Shown in pieces: positions 39,901-54,900 of a stretch of DNA of 64,000 nt. Position 1 is the first letter of the stretch. Each line of letters opens with the position of its first letter. A model generated the notes under the pieces. The model was not told the DNA's origin, made no database searches, and worked only from the letters and a program-made list of their open reading frames with translations. The position numbers and the translations under genes are program-made. This DNA is from the human T2T-CHM13v2.0 reference genome, Homo sapiens: the NCBI RefSeq assembly GCF_009914755.1, contig NC_060941.1, one strand, 5' to 3'.

Positions 39901-42900
39901 GCATTCAACTCACAGTGTTGAACCTTTCTTTGATAGTTCAGGTTTCAAACGGTCTTTCTGTAGAAACTGCAAGTAGATATTTGGACCTCTCTGAGGATTT
40001 CGTTGGAAACGGGATAACCCGCACAGAACTAAAACAGAAGCATTCTCAGAACCCTCTTCGTGATGTTTGCATTCAACTCACAGTGCTGAACCTTTCTTTG
40101 ATAGTTCAGCTTTGAAACACTCTTTTTGTAGAAACTGCAAGTGGATATTTGGTCCTCTCTGAGCATTTCGTTGGAAACGGGATAAACTGCACAGAACTAA
40201 ACAGAAGCATTCTCAGAACCTTCTTCGTGATGTCTGCATTCAACTCACAGTGTGGAACCTTTCTTTGATAGTTCAGGTTTGAAACACTCTTTCTGTAGAA
40301 ACTGCAAGGGGATAATTGCACTCTTTGAGGAGTACCGTAGTAAAGGAAATAACTTCCTATAAAAAGAAGACAGAAGCTTTCTCAGAAAATTCTTTGGGAT
40401 GATTGAGTTGAACTCACAGAGCTGAGCATTCCTTGCGATGTAGCAGTTTAGAAACACACTTTCTGCAGAATCTGCAAGTGCATATTTGGACCTCTGTGAG
40501 GAATTCGTTGGAAACGGGATAATTTCAGCTGACTAAACAGAAGCAGTCTCAGAATCTTCTTTGTGATGTTTGCATTCAAATCCCCGAGTTGAACTTTCCT
40601 TTCAAAGTTCACGTTTGAAACACTCTTTTTGCAGGATCTACAAGTGGATATTTGGACCACTCTGTGTCCTTCGTTCGAAACGGGTATATCTTCACATGAC
40701 ATCTAGACAGAAGCATCCTCAGAAGCTTCTCTGTGATGACTGCATTCAACTCACGGAGTTGAACTCTCCTTTTGAGAGCGCAGTTTTGAAACTCTCTTTC
40801 TGTGGCATCTGCAAGGGGACATGTAGACCTCTTTGAAGATTTCGTTGGAAACGGAATCATCTTCACATAAAAACTACACAGATGCATTCTCAGGAACTTT
40901 TTGGTGATGTTTGTATTCAACTCCCAGAGTTGAACTTTCCTTTGGAAAGAGCAGCTATGAAACACTCTTTTTCTAGAATCTGCAAGTGGACGTTTGGAGG
41001 GCTTTGTGGTTTGTGGTGGAAAAGGAAATATCTTCACCTAAATACTAGATAGAAGCATTCTCAGAAACTGCTTTGTGATGATTGCATTCACCTCACAGAG
41101 TTGAACATTCCTATTGATAGAGCAGTTTGGAAACACTCTTGTTGTGGAATGTGCAAGTGGAGATTTGGAGCGCTTTGAGGCCTATGGTAGTAAAGGGAAT
41201 AGCTTCATAGAAAAACTAGACAGAAGCATTCTCAGAAAATACTTTGTGATGATTGAGTTTAACTCACAGAGCTGAACATTCCTTTGGATGGAGCAGGTTT
41301 GAGACACACTTTTTGTAGAATCTACAAGTGGATATTTGGACCTCTCTGAGGATTTCGTTGGAAACGGGATAACTGCACCTAACTAAACGGAAGCATTCTC
41401 AGAAACTTCTTGGTGATGTTTGCATTCAAATCCCAGAGTCGAACCTTCCTTTGATAGTTCAGGTTTGAAACACTCTTTTTGTAGGATCTGCAAGTGGATA
41501 TTTGGACCACTCTGTGGCCTTCGTTCGAAACGGGTATATCTTCGCATAAAATCTAGACAGAAGCCTTCTCAGAAACTTCTCTGTGATGATTGCATTCAAC
41601 TCACAGAGTTGAACCCTCCTATGGATAGAGCAGTGTTGAAACTCTCTTTTTGTGGAATCTGCAAGTGGATATGTGGACCTCTCCGAAGATGTCTTTGGAA
41701 ACGGGAATATCTTCACATAAAAACTAAACAGAAGCATTCTCAGAAACTTCTCTGTGATGTTTGTGTTCAACTCCCAGAGTTTCACATTGCTTTTCATAGA
41801 GTAGTTCTGAAACATGCTTTTCGTAGTGTCTACAAGTGGACATTTGGAGCGCTTTCAGGCCTGTGGTGGAAAACGAATTATGGTCACATAAAAACTGGAG
41901 AGAAGCATTGTCAGAAACTTCTTTGTGATGATTGCATTCAACTCACAGAGTTGAAGGTTCCTTTTCAAAGAGCAGTTTCCAATCACTCTTTCTGTGGAAT
42001 CTGCAAGTGGATATTTGGACCTATTTTGAAGATTTCGTTGGAAACGGGAGAATCTTCACAGGAAAGCTAAACAGAAGCATTCTCAGAAACTTCTTTGTGA
42101 TGCTTGCATTCAACTCACAGAGTTGAACTTTCCTTTCGAGAGAGAAGCTTTGAAACACTCTTTTTCCAGAATCTGCAAGTGGACATTTGGAGGGCTTTGA
42201 GGCCTGTGGTGGAAAAGGAATTATCTTCCCGTAAAAGCTAGATAGAAGCATTCTCAGAAACTACTTTGTGATGATTGCATTCAAGTCACAGAGTTGAACA
42301 TTCCCTTTGACAGAGCAGTTTGGAAACTCTCTTTGTGTAGAATCTGCAAGTGGAGATATGGACCGCTTTGAGGCCTATGGTAGTAAAGGAAATAGCTTCA
42401 TATAAAAGCTAGACAGTAGCATTCACAGAAAACTCTTGGTGACGACTGAGTTTAACTCACAGAGCTGAACATTCCTTTGGATGGAGCAGTTTCGAAACAC
42501 ACTATTTGTAGAATGTGCAAGTGGATATTTAGGCCTCTCTGAGGATTTCGTTGGAAACGGGATAAACCGCACAGAACTAAACAGAAGCATTCTCAGAACC
42601 TTCTTCGTGATGTTTGCATTCAACTCACAGTGTTGAACCTTTCTTTGATAGTTCAGGTTTGAAACGGTCTTTCTGTAGAAACTGCAAGTAGATATTTGGA
42701 CCTCTCTGAGGATTTCGTTGGAAACGGGATAACCCGCACAGAACTAAAACAGAAGCATTCTCAGAACCCTCTTCGTGATGTTTGCATTCAACTCACAGTG
42801 CTGAACCTTTCTTTGATAGTTCAGCTTTGAAACACTCTTTTTGTAGAAACTGCAAGTGGATATTTGGTCCTCTCTGAGCATTTCGTTGGAAACGGGATAA

Positions 42901-45900
42901 ACTGCACAGAACTAAACAGAAGCATTCTCAGAACCTTCTTCGTGATGTCTGCATTCAACTCACAGTGTGGAACCTTTCTTTGATAGTTCAGGTTTGAAAC
43001 ACTCTTTCTGTAGAAACTGCAAGGGGATAATTGCACTCTTTGAGGAGTACCGTAGTAAAGGAAATAACTTCCTATAAAAAGAAGACAGAAGCTTTCTCAG
43101 AAAATTCTTTGGGATGATTGAGTTGAACTCACAGAGCTGAGCATTCCTTGCGATGTAGCAGTTTAGAAACACACTTTCTGCAGAATCTGCAAGTGCATAT
43201 TTGGACCTCTGTGAGGAATTCGTTGGAAACGGGATAATTTCAGCTGACTAAACAGAAGCAGTCTCAGAATCTTCTTTGTGATGTTTGCATTCAAATCCCC
43301 GAGTTGAACTTTCCTTTCAAAGTTCACGTTTGAAACACTCTTTTTGCAGGATCTACAAGTGGATATTTGGACCACTCTGTGTCCTTCGTTCGAAACGGGT
43401 ATATCTTCACATGACATCTAGACAGAAGCATCCTCAGAATCTTCTCTGTGATGACTGCATTCAACTCACGGAGTTGAACACTCCTTTTGAGAGCGCAGTT
43501 TTGAAACTCTCTTTCTGTGGCATCTGCAAGGGGACATGTAGACCTCTTTGAAGATTTCGTTGGAAACGGAATCATCTTCACATAAAAACTACACAGATGC
43601 ATTCTCAGGAACTTTTTGGTGATGTTTGTATTCAACTCCCAGAGTTGAACTTTCCTTTGGAAAGAGCAGCTATGAAACACTCTTTTTCTAGAATCTGCAA
43701 GTGGACGTTTGGAGGGCTTTGTGGTTTGTGGTGGAAAAGGAAATATCTTCACCTAAATACTAGATAGAAGCATTCTCAGAAACTGCTTTGTGATGATTGC
43801 ATTCACCTCACAGAGTTGAACATTCCTATTGATAGAGCAGTTTGGAAACACTCTTGTTGTGGAATGTGCAAGTGGAGATTTGGAGCGCTTTGAGGCCTAT
43901 GGTAGTAAAGGGAATAGCTTCATAGAAAAACTAGACAGAAGCATTCTCAGAAAATACTTTGTGATGATTGAGTTTAACTCACAGAGCTGAACATTCCTTT
44001 GGATGGAGCAGGTTTGAGACACACTTTTTGTAGAATCTACAAGTGGATATTTGGACCTCTCTGAGGATTTCGTTGGAAACGGGATAACTGCACCTAACTA
44101 AACGGAAGCATTCTCAGAAACTTCTTGGTGATGTTTGCATTCAAATCCCAGAGTCGAACCTTCCTTTGATAGTTCAGGTTTGAAACACTCTTTTTGTAGG
44201 ATCTGCAAGTGGATATTTGGACCACTCTGTGGCCTTCGTTCGAAACGGGTATATCTTCGCATAAAATCTAGACAGAAGCCTTCTCAGAAACTTCTCTGTG
44301 ATGATTGCATTCAACTCACAGAGTTGAACCCTCCTATGGATAGAGCAGTGTTGAAACTCTCTTTTTGTGGAATCTGCAAGTGGATATGTGGACCTCTCCG
44401 AAGATGTCTTTGGAAACGGGAATATCTTCACATAAAAACTAAACAGAAGCATTCTCAGAAACTTCTCTGTGATGTTTGTGTTCAACTCCCAGAGTTTCAC
44501 ATTGCTTTTCATAGAGTAGTTCTGAAACATGCTTTTCGTAGTGTCTACAAGTGGACATTTGGAGCGCTTTCAGGCCTGTGGTGGAAAACGAATTATGGTC
44601 ACATAAAAACTGGAGAGAAGCATTGTCAGAAACTTCTTTGTGATGATTGCATTCAACTCACAGAGTTGAAGGTTCCTTTTCAAAGAGCAGTTTCCAATCA
44701 CTCTTTCTGTGGAATCTGCAAGTGGATATTTGGACCTATTTTGAAGATTTCGTTGGAAACGGGAGAATCTTCACAGGAAAGCTAAACAGAAGCATTCTCA
44801 GAAACTTCTTTGTGATGCTTGCATTCAACTCACAGAGTTGAACTTTCCTTTCGAGAGAGAAGCTTTGAAACACTCTTTTTCCAGAATCTGCAAGTGGACA
44901 TTTGGAGGGCTTTGAGGCCTGTGGTGGAAAAGGAATTATCTTCCCGTAAAAGCTAGATAGAAGCATTCTCAGAAACTACTTTGTGATGATTGCATTCAAG
45001 TCACAGAGTTGAACATTCCCTTTGACAGAGCAGTTTGGAAACTCTCTTTGTGTAGAATCTGCAAGTGGAGATATGGACCGCTTTGAGGCCTATGGTAGTA
45101 AAGGAAATAGCTTCATATAAAAGCTAGACAGTAGCATTCACAGAAAACTCTTGGTGACGACTGAGTTTAACTCACAGAGCTGAACATTCCTTTGGATGGA
45201 GCAGTTTCGAAACACACTATTTGTAGAATGTGCAAGTGGATATTTAGGCCTCTCTGAGGATTTCGTTGGAAACGGGATAAACCGCACAGAACTAAACAGA
45301 AGCATTCTCAGAACCTTCTTCGTGATGTTTGCATTCAACTCACAGTGTTGAACCTTTCTTTGATAGTTCAGGTTTGAAACGGTCTTTCTGTAGAAACTGC
45401 AAGTAGATATTTGGACCTCTCTGAGGATTTCGTTGGAAACGGGATAACCCGCACAGAACTAAAACAGAAGCATTCTCAGAACCCTCTTCGTGATGTTTGC
45501 ATTCAACTCACAGTGCTGAACCTTTCTTTGATAGTTCAGCTTTGAAACACTCTTTTTGTAGAAACTGCAAGTGGATATTTGGTCCTCTCTGAGGATTTCG
45601 TTGGAAACGGGATAAACTGCACAGAACTAAACAGAAGCATTCTCAGAACCTTCTTCGTGATGTCTGCATTCAACTCACAGTGTGGAACCTTTCTTTGATA
45701 GTTCAGGTTTGAAACACTCTTTCTGTAGAAACTGCAAGGGGATAATTGCACTCTTTGAGGAGTACCGTAGTAAAGGAAATAACTTCCTATAAAAAGAAGA
45801 CAGAAGCTTTCTCAGAAAATTCTTTGGGATGATTGAGTTGAACTCACAGAGCTGAGCATTCCTTGCGATGTAGCAGTTTAGAAACACACTTTCTGCAGAA

Positions 45901-48900
45901 TCTGCAAGTGCATATTTGGACCTCTGTGAGGAATTCGTTGGAAACGGGATAATTTCAGCTGACTAAACAGAAGCAGTCTCAGAATCTTCTTTGTGATGTT
46001 TGCATTCAAATCCCCGAGTTGAACTTTCCTTTCAAAGTTCACGTTTGAAACACTCTTTTTGCAGGATCTACAAGTGGATATTTGGACCACTCTGTGTCCT
46101 TCGTTCGAAACGGGTATATCTTCACATGACATCTAGACAGAAGCATCCTCAGAAGCTTCTCTGTGATGACTGCATTCAACTCACGGAGTTGAACACTCCT
46201 TTTGAGAGCGCAGTTTTGAAACTCTCTTTCTGTGGCATCTGCAAGGGGACATGTAGACCTCTTTGAAGATTTCGTTGGAAACGGAATCATCTTCACATAA
46301 AAACTACACAGATGCATTCTCAGGAACTTTTTGGTGATGTTTGTATTCAACTCCCAGAGTTGAACTTTCCTTTGGAAAGAGCAGCTATGAAACACTCTTT
46401 TTCTAGAATCTGCAAGTGGACGTTTGGAGGGCTTTGTGGTTTGTGGTGGAAAAGGAAATATCTTCACCTAAATACTAGATAGAAGCATTCTCAGAAACTG
46501 CTTTGTGATGATTGCATTCACCTCACAGAGTTGAACATTCCTATTGATAGAGCAGTTTGGAAACACTCTTGTTGTGGAATGTGCAAGTGGAGATTTGGAG
46601 CGCTTTGAGGCCTATGGTAGTAAAGGGAATAGCTTCATAGAAAAACTAGACAGAAGCATTCTCAGAAAATACTTTGTGATGATTGAGTTTAACTCACAGA
46701 GCTGAACATTCCTTTGGATGGAGCAGGTTTGAGACACACTTTTTGTAGAATCTACAAGTGGATATTTGGACCTCTCTGAGGATTTCGTTGGAAACGGGAT
46801 AACTGCACCTAACTAAACGGAAGCATTCTCAGAAACTTCTTGGTGATGTTTGCATTCAAATCCCAGAGTCGAACCTTCCTTTGATAGTTCAGGTTTGAAA
46901 CACTCTTTTTGTAGGATCTGCAAGTGGATATTTGGACCACTCTGTGGCCTTCGTTCGAAACGGGTATATCTTCGCATAAAATCTAGACAGAAGCCTTCTC
47001 AGAAACTTCTCTGTGATGATTGCATTCAACTCACAGAGTTGAACCCTCCTATGGATAGAGCAGTGTTGAAACTCTCTTTTTGTGGAATCTGCAAGTGGAT
47101 ATGTGGACCTCTCCGAAGATGTCTTTGGAAACGGGAATATCTTCACATAAAAACTAAACAGAAGCATTCTCAGAAACTTCTCTGTGATGTTTGTGTTCAA
47201 CTCCCAGAGTTTCACATTGCTTTTCATAGAGTAGTTCTGAAACATGCTTTTCGTAGTGTCTACAAGTGGACATTTGGAGCGCTTTCAGGCCTGTGGTGGA
47301 AAACGAATTATGGTCACATAAAAACTGGAGAGAAGCATTGTCAGAAACTTCTTTGTGATGATTGCATTCAACTCACAGAGTTGAAGGTTCCTTTTCAAAG
47401 AGCAGTTTCCAATCACTCTTTGTGTGGAATCTGCAAGTGGATATTTGGACCTATTTTGAAGATTTCGTTGGAAACGGGAGAATCTTCACAGGAAAGCTAA
47501 ACAGAAGCATTCTCAGAAACTTCTTTGTGATGCTTGCATTCAACTCACAGAGTTGAACTTTCCTTTCGAGAGAGAAGCTTTGAAACACTCTTTTTCCAGA
47601 ATCTGCAAGTGGACATTTGGAGGGCTTTGAGGCCTGTGGTGGAAAAGGAATTATCTTCCCGTAAAAGCTAGATAGAAGCATTCTCAGAAACTACTTTGTG
47701 ATGATTGCATTCAAGTCACAGAGTTGAACATTCCCTTTGACAGAGCAGTTTGGAAACTCTCTTTGTGTAGAATCTGCAAGTGGAGATATGGACCGCTTTG
47801 AGGCCTATGGTAGTAAAGGAAATAGCTTCATATAAAAGCTAGACAGTAGCATTCACAGAAAACTCTTGGTGACGACTGAGTTTAACTCACAGAGCTGAAC
47901 ATTCCTTTGGATGGAGCAGTTTCGAAACACACTATTTGTAGAATGTGCAAGTGGATATTTAGGCCTCTCTGAGGATTTCGTTGGAAACGGGATAAACCGC
48001 ACAGAACTAAACAGAAGCATTCTCAGAACCTTCTTCGTGATGTTTGCATTCAACTCACAGTGTTGAACCTTTCTTTGATAGTTCAGGTTTGAAACGGTCT
48101 TTCTGTAGAAACTGCAAGTAGATATTTGGACCTCTCTGAGGATTTCGTTGGAAACGGGATAACCCGCACAGAACTAAAACAGAAGCATTCTCAGAACCCT
48201 CTTCGTGATGTTTGCATTCAACTCACAGTGCTGAACCTTTCTTTGATAGTTCAGCTTTGAAACACTCTTTTTGTAGAAACTGCAAGTGGATATTTGGTCC
48301 TCTCTGAGCATTTCGTTGGAAACGGGATAAACTGCACAGAACTAAACAGAAGCATTCTCAGAACCTTCTTCGTGATGTCTGCATTCAACTCACAGTGTGG
48401 AACCTTTCTTTGATAGTTCAGGTTTGAAACACTCTTTTTGTAGAAACTGCAAGGGGATCATTGCACTCTTTGAGGAGTACCGTAGTAAAGGAAATAACTT
48501 CCTATAAAAAGAAGACAGAAGCTTTCTCAGAAAATTCTTTGGGATGATTGAGTTGAACTCACAGAGCTGAGCATTCCTTGCGATGTAGCAGTTTAGAAAC
48601 ACACTTTCTGCAGAATCTGCAAGTGCATATTTGGACCTCTGTGAGGAATTCGTTGGAAACGGGATAATTTCAGCTGACTAAACAGAAGCAGTCTCAGAAT
48701 CTTCTTTGTGATGTTTGCATTCAAATCCCCGAGTTGAACTTTCCTTTCAAAGTTCACGTTTGAAACACTCTTTTTGCAGGATCTACAAGTGGATATTTGG
48801 ACCACTCTGTGTCCTTCGTTCGAAACGGGTATATCTTCACATGACATCTAGACAGAAGCATCCTCAGAAGCTTCTCTGTGATGACTGCATTCAACTCACG

Positions 48901-51900
48901 GAGTTGAACACTCCTTTTGAGAGCGCAGTTTTGAAACTCTCTTTCTGTGGCATCTGCAAGGGGACATGTAGACCTCTTTGAAGATTTCGTTGGAAACGGA
49001 ATCATCTTCACATAAAAACTACACAGATGCATTCTCAGGAACTTTTTGGTGATGTTTGTATTCAACTCCCAGAGTTGAACTTTCCTTTGGAAAGAGCAGC
49101 TATGAAACACTCTTTTTCTAGAATCTGCAAGTGGACGTTTGGAGGGCTTTGTGGTTTGTGGTGGAAAAGGAAATATCTTCACCTAAATACTAGATAGAAG
49201 CATTCTCAGAAACTGCTTTGTGATGATTGCATTCACCTCACAGAGTTGAACATTCCTATTGATAGAGCAGTTTGGAAACACTCTTGTTGTGGAATGTGCA
49301 AGTGGAGATTTGGAGCGCTTTGAGGCCTATGGTAGTAAAGGGAATAGCTTCATAGAAAAACTAGACAGAAGCATTCTCAGAAAATACTTTGTGATGATTG
49401 AGTTTAACTCACAGAGCTGAACATTCCTTTGGATGGAGCAGGTTTGAGACACACTTTTTGTAGAATCTACAAGTGGATATTTGGACCTCTCTGAGGATTT
49501 CGTTGGAAACGGGATAACTGCACCTAACTAAACGGAAGCATTCTCAGAAACTTCTTGGTGATGTTTGCATTCAAATCCCAGAGTCGAACCTTCCTTTGAT
49601 AGTTCAGGTTTGAAACACTCTTTTTGTAGGATCTGCAAGTGGATATTTGGACCACTCTGTGGCCTTCGTTCGAAACGGGTATATCTTCGCATAAAATCTA
49701 GACAGAAGCCTTCTCAGAAACTTCTCTGTGATGATTGCATTCAACTCACAGAGTTGAACCCTCCTATGGATAGAGCAGTGTTGAAACTCTCTTTTTGTGG
49801 AATCTGCAAGTGGATATGTGGACCTCTCCGAAGATGTCTTTGGAAACGGGAATATCTTCACATAAAAACTAAACAGAAGCATTCTCAGAAACTTCTCTGT
49901 GATGTTTGTGTTCAACTCCCAGAGTTTCACATTGCTTTTCATAGAGTAGTTCTGAAACATGCTTTTCGTAGTGTCTACAAGTGGACATTTGGAGCGCTTT
50001 CAGGCCTGTGGTGGAAAACGAATTATGGTCACATAAAAACTGGAGAGAAGCATTGTCAGAAACTTCTTTGTGATGATTGCATTCAACTCACAGAGTTGAA
50101 GGTTCCTTTTCAAAGAGCAGTTTCCAATCACTCTTTCTGTGGAATCTGCAAGTGGATATTTGGACCTATTTTGAAGATTTCGTTGGAAACGGGAGAATCT
50201 TCACAGGAAAGCTAAACAGAAGCATTCTCAGAAACTTCTTTGTGATGCTTGCATTCAACTCACAGAGTTGAACTTTCCTTTCGAGAGAGAAGCTTTGAAA
50301 CACTCTTTTTCCAGAATCTGCAAGTGGACATTTGGAGGGCTCTGAGGCCTGTGGTGGAAAAGGAATTATCTTCCCGTAAAAGCTAGATAGAAGCATTCTC
50401 AGAAACTACTTTGTGATGATTGCATTCAAGTCACAGAGTTGAACATTCCCTTTGACAGAGCAGTTTGGAAACTCTCTTTGTGTAGAATCTGCAAGTGGAG
50501 ATATGGACCGCTTTGAGGCCTATGGTAGTAAAGGAAATAGCTTCATATAAAAGCTAGACAGTAGCATTCACAGAAAACTCTTGGTGACGACTGAGTTTAA
50601 CTCACAGAGCTGAACATTCCTTTGGATGGAGCAGTTTCGAAACACACTATTTGTAGAATGTGCAAGTGGATATTTAGGCCTCTCTGAGGATTTCGTTGGA
50701 AACGGGATAAACCGCACAGAACTAAACAGAAGCATTCTCAGAACCTTCTTCGTGATGTTTGCATTCAACTCACAGTGTTGAACCTTTCTTTGATAGTTCA
50801 GGTTTGAAACGGTCTTTCTGTAGAAACTGCAAGTAGATATTTGGACCTCTCTGAGGATTTCGTTGGAAACGGGATAACCCGCACAGAACTAAAACAGAAG
50901 CATTCTCAGAACCCTCTTCGTGATGTTTGCATTCAACTCACAGTGCTGAACCTTTCTTTGATAGTTCAGCTTTGAAACACTCTTTTTGTAGAAACTGCAA
51001 GTGGATATTTGGTCCTCTCTGAGCATTTCGTTGGAAACGGGATAAACTGCACAGAACTAAACAGAAGCATTCTCAGAACCTTCTTCGTGATGTCTGCATT
51101 CAACTCACAGTGTGGAACCTTTCTTTGATAGTTCAGGTTTGAAACACTCTTTTTGTAGAAACTGCAAGGGGATAATTGCACTCTTTGAGGAGTACCGTAG
51201 TAAAGGAAATAACTTCCTATAAAAAGAAGACAGAAGCTTTCTCAGAAAATTCTTTGGGATGATTGAGTTGAACTCACAGAGCTGAGCATTCCTTGCGATG
51301 TAGCAGTTTAGAAACACACTTTCTGCAGAATCTGCAAGTGCATATTTGGACCTCTGTGAGGAATTCGTTGGAAACGGGATAATTTCAGCTGACTAAACAG
51401 AAGCAGTCTCAGAATCTTCTTTGTGATGTTTGCATTCAAATCCCCGAGTTGAACTTTCCTTTCAAAGTTCACGTTTGAAACACTCTTTTTGCAGGATCTA
51501 CAAGTGGATATTTGGACCACTCTGTGTCCTTCGTTCGAAACGGGTATATCTTCACATGACATCTAGACAGAAGCATCCTCAGAAGCTTCTCTGTGATGAC
51601 TGCATTCAACTCACGGAGTTGAACACTCCTTTTGAGAGCGCAGTTTTGAAACTCTCTTTCTGTGGCATCTGCAAGGGGACATGTAGACCTCTTTGAAGAT
51701 TTCGTTGGAAACGGAATCATCTTCACATAAAAACTACACAGATGCATTCTCAGGAACTTTTTGGTGATGTTTGTATTCAACTCCCAGAGTTGAACTTTCC
51801 TTTGGAAAGAGCAGCTATGAAACACTGTTTCTCTAGAATCTGCAAGTGGACGTTTGGAGGGCTTTGTGGTTTGTGGTGGAAAAGGAAATATCTTCACCTA

Positions 51901-54900
51901 AATACTAGATAGAAGCATTCTCAGAAACTGCTTTGTGATGATTGCATTCACCTCACAGAGTTGAACATTCCTATTGATAGAGCAGTTTGGAAACACTCTT
52001 GTTGTGGAATGTGCAAGTGGAGATTTGGAGCGCTTTGAGGCCTATGGTAGTAAAGGGAATAGCTTCATAGAAAAACTAGACAGAAGCATTCTCAGAAAAT
52101 ACTTTGTGATGATTGAGTTTAACTCACAGAGCTGAACATTCCTTTGGATGGAGCAGGTTTGAGACACACTTTTTGTAGAATCTACAAGTGGATATTTGGA
52201 CCTCTCTGAGGATTTCGTTGGAAACGGGATAACTGCACCTAACTAAACGGAAGCATTCTCAGAAACTTCTTGGTGATGTTTGCATTCAAATCCCAGAGTC
52301 GAACCTTCCTTTGATAGTTCAGGTTTGAAACACTCTTTTTGTAGGATCTGCAAGTGGATATTTGGACCACTCTGTGGCCTTCGTTCGAAACGGGTATATC
52401 TTCGCATAAAATCTAGACAGAAGCCTTCTCAGAAACTTCTCTGTGATGATTGCATTCAACTCACAGAGTTGAACCCTCCTATGGATAGAGCAGTGTTGAA
52501 ACTCTCTTTTTGTGGAATCTGCAAGTGGATATGTGGACCTCTCCGAAGATGTCTTTGGAAACGGGAATATCTTCACATAAAAACTAAACAGAAGCATTCT
52601 CAGAAACTTCTCTGTGATGTTTGTGTTCAACTCCCAGAGTTTCACATTGCTTTTCATAGAGTAGTTCTGAAACATGCTTTTCGTAGTGTCTACAAGTGGA
52701 CATTTGGAGCGCTTTCAGGCCTGTGGTGGAAAACGAATTATGGTCACATAAAAACTGGAGAGAAGCATTGTCAGAAACTTCTTTGTGATGATTGCATTCA
52801 ACTCACAGAGTTGAAGGTTCCTTTTCAAAGAGCAGTTTCCAATCACTCTTTCTGTGGAATCTGCAAGTGGATATTTGGACCTATTTTGAAGATTTCGTTG
52901 GAAACGGGAGAATCTTCACAGGAAAGCTAAACAGAAGCATTCTCAGAAACTTCTTTGTGATGCTTGCATTCAACTCACAGAGTTGAACTTTCCTTTCGAG
53001 AGAGAAGCTTTGAAACACTCTTTTTCCAGAATCTGCAAGTGGACATTTGGAGGGCTTTGAGGCCTGTGGTGGAAAAGGAATTATCTTCCCGTAAAAGCTA
53101 GATAGAAGCATTCTCAGAAACTACTTTGTGATGATTGCATTCAAGTCACAGAGTTGAACATTCCCTTTGACAGAGCAGTTTGGAAACTCTCTTTGTGTAG
53201 AATCTGCAAGTGGAGATATGGACCGCTTTGAGGCCTATGGTAGTAAAGGAAATAGCTTCATATAAAAGCTAGACAGTAGCATTCACAGAAAACTCTTGGT
53301 GACGACTGAGTTTAACTCACAGAGCTGAACATTCCTTTGGATGGAGCAGTTTCGAAACACACTATTTGTAGAATGTGCAAGTGGATATTTAGGCCTCTCT
53401 GAGGATTTCGTTGGAAACGGGATAAACCGCACAGAACTAAACAGAAGCATTCTCAGAACCTTCTTCGTGATGTTTGCATTCAACTCACAGTGTTGAACCT
53501 TTCTTTGATAGTTCAGGTTTGAAACGGTCTTTCTGTAGAAACTGCAAGTAGATATTTGGACCGCTCTGAGGATTTCGTTGGAAACGGGATAACCCGCACA
53601 GAACTAAAACAGAAGCATTCTCAGAACCCTCTTCGTGATGTTTGCATTCAACTCACAGTGCTGAACCTTTCTTTGATAGTTCAGCTTTGAAACACTCTTT
53701 TTGTAGAAACTGCAAGTGGATATTTGGTCCTCTCTGAGCATTTCGTTGGAAACGGCATAAACTGCACAGAACTAAACAGAAGCATTCTCAGAACCTTCTT
53801 CGTGATGTCTGCATTCAACTCACAGTGTGGAACCTTTCTTTGATAGTTCAGGTTTGAAACACTCTTTTTGTAGAAACTGCAAGGGGATAATTGCACTCTT
53901 TGAGGAGTACCGTAGTAAAGGAAATAACTTCCTATAAAAAGAAGACAGAAGCTTTCTCAGAAAATTCTTTGGGATGATTGAGTTGAACTCACAGAGCTGA
54001 GCATTCCTTGCGATGTAGCAGTTTAGAAACACACTTTCTGCAGAATCTGCAAGTGCATATTTGGACCTCTGTGAGGAATTCGTTGGAAACGGGATAATTT
54101 CAGCTGACTAAACAGAAGCAGTCTCAGAATCTTCTTTGTGATGTTTGCATTCAAATCCCCGAGTTGAACTTTCCTTTCAAAGTTCACGTTTGAAACACTC
54201 TTTTTGCAGGATCTTCAAGTGGATATTTGGACCACTCTGTGTCCTTCGTTCGAAACGGGTATATCTTCACATGACATCTAGACAGAAGCATCCTCAGAAG
54301 CTTCTCTGTGATGACTGCATTCAACTCACGGAGTTGAACACTCCTTTTGAGAGCGCAGTTTTGAAACTCTCTTTCTGTGGCATCTGCAAGGGGACATGTA
54401 GACCTCTTTGAAGATTTCGTTGGAAACGGAATCATCTTCACATAAAAACTACACAGATGCATTCTCAGGAACTTTTTGGTGATGTTTGTATTCAACTCCC
54501 AGAGTTGAACTTTCCTTTGGAAGGAGCAGCTATGAAACACTCTTTTTCTAGAATCTGCAAGTGGACGTTTGGAGGGCTTTGTGGTTTGTGGTGGAAAAGG
54601 AAATATCTTCACCTAAATACTAGATAGAAGCATTCTCAGAAACTGCTTTGTGATGATTGCATTCACCTCACAGAGTTGAACATTCCTATTGATAGAGCAG
54701 TTTGGAAACACTCTTGTTGTGGAATGTGCAAGTGGAGATTTGGAGCGCTTTGAGGCCTATGGTAGTAAAGGGAATAGCTTCATAGAAAAACTAGACAGAA
54801 GCATTCTCAGAAAATACTTTGTGATGATTGAGTTTAACTCACAGAGCTGAACATTCCTTTGGATGGAGCAGGTTTGAGACACACTTTTTGTAGAATCTAC

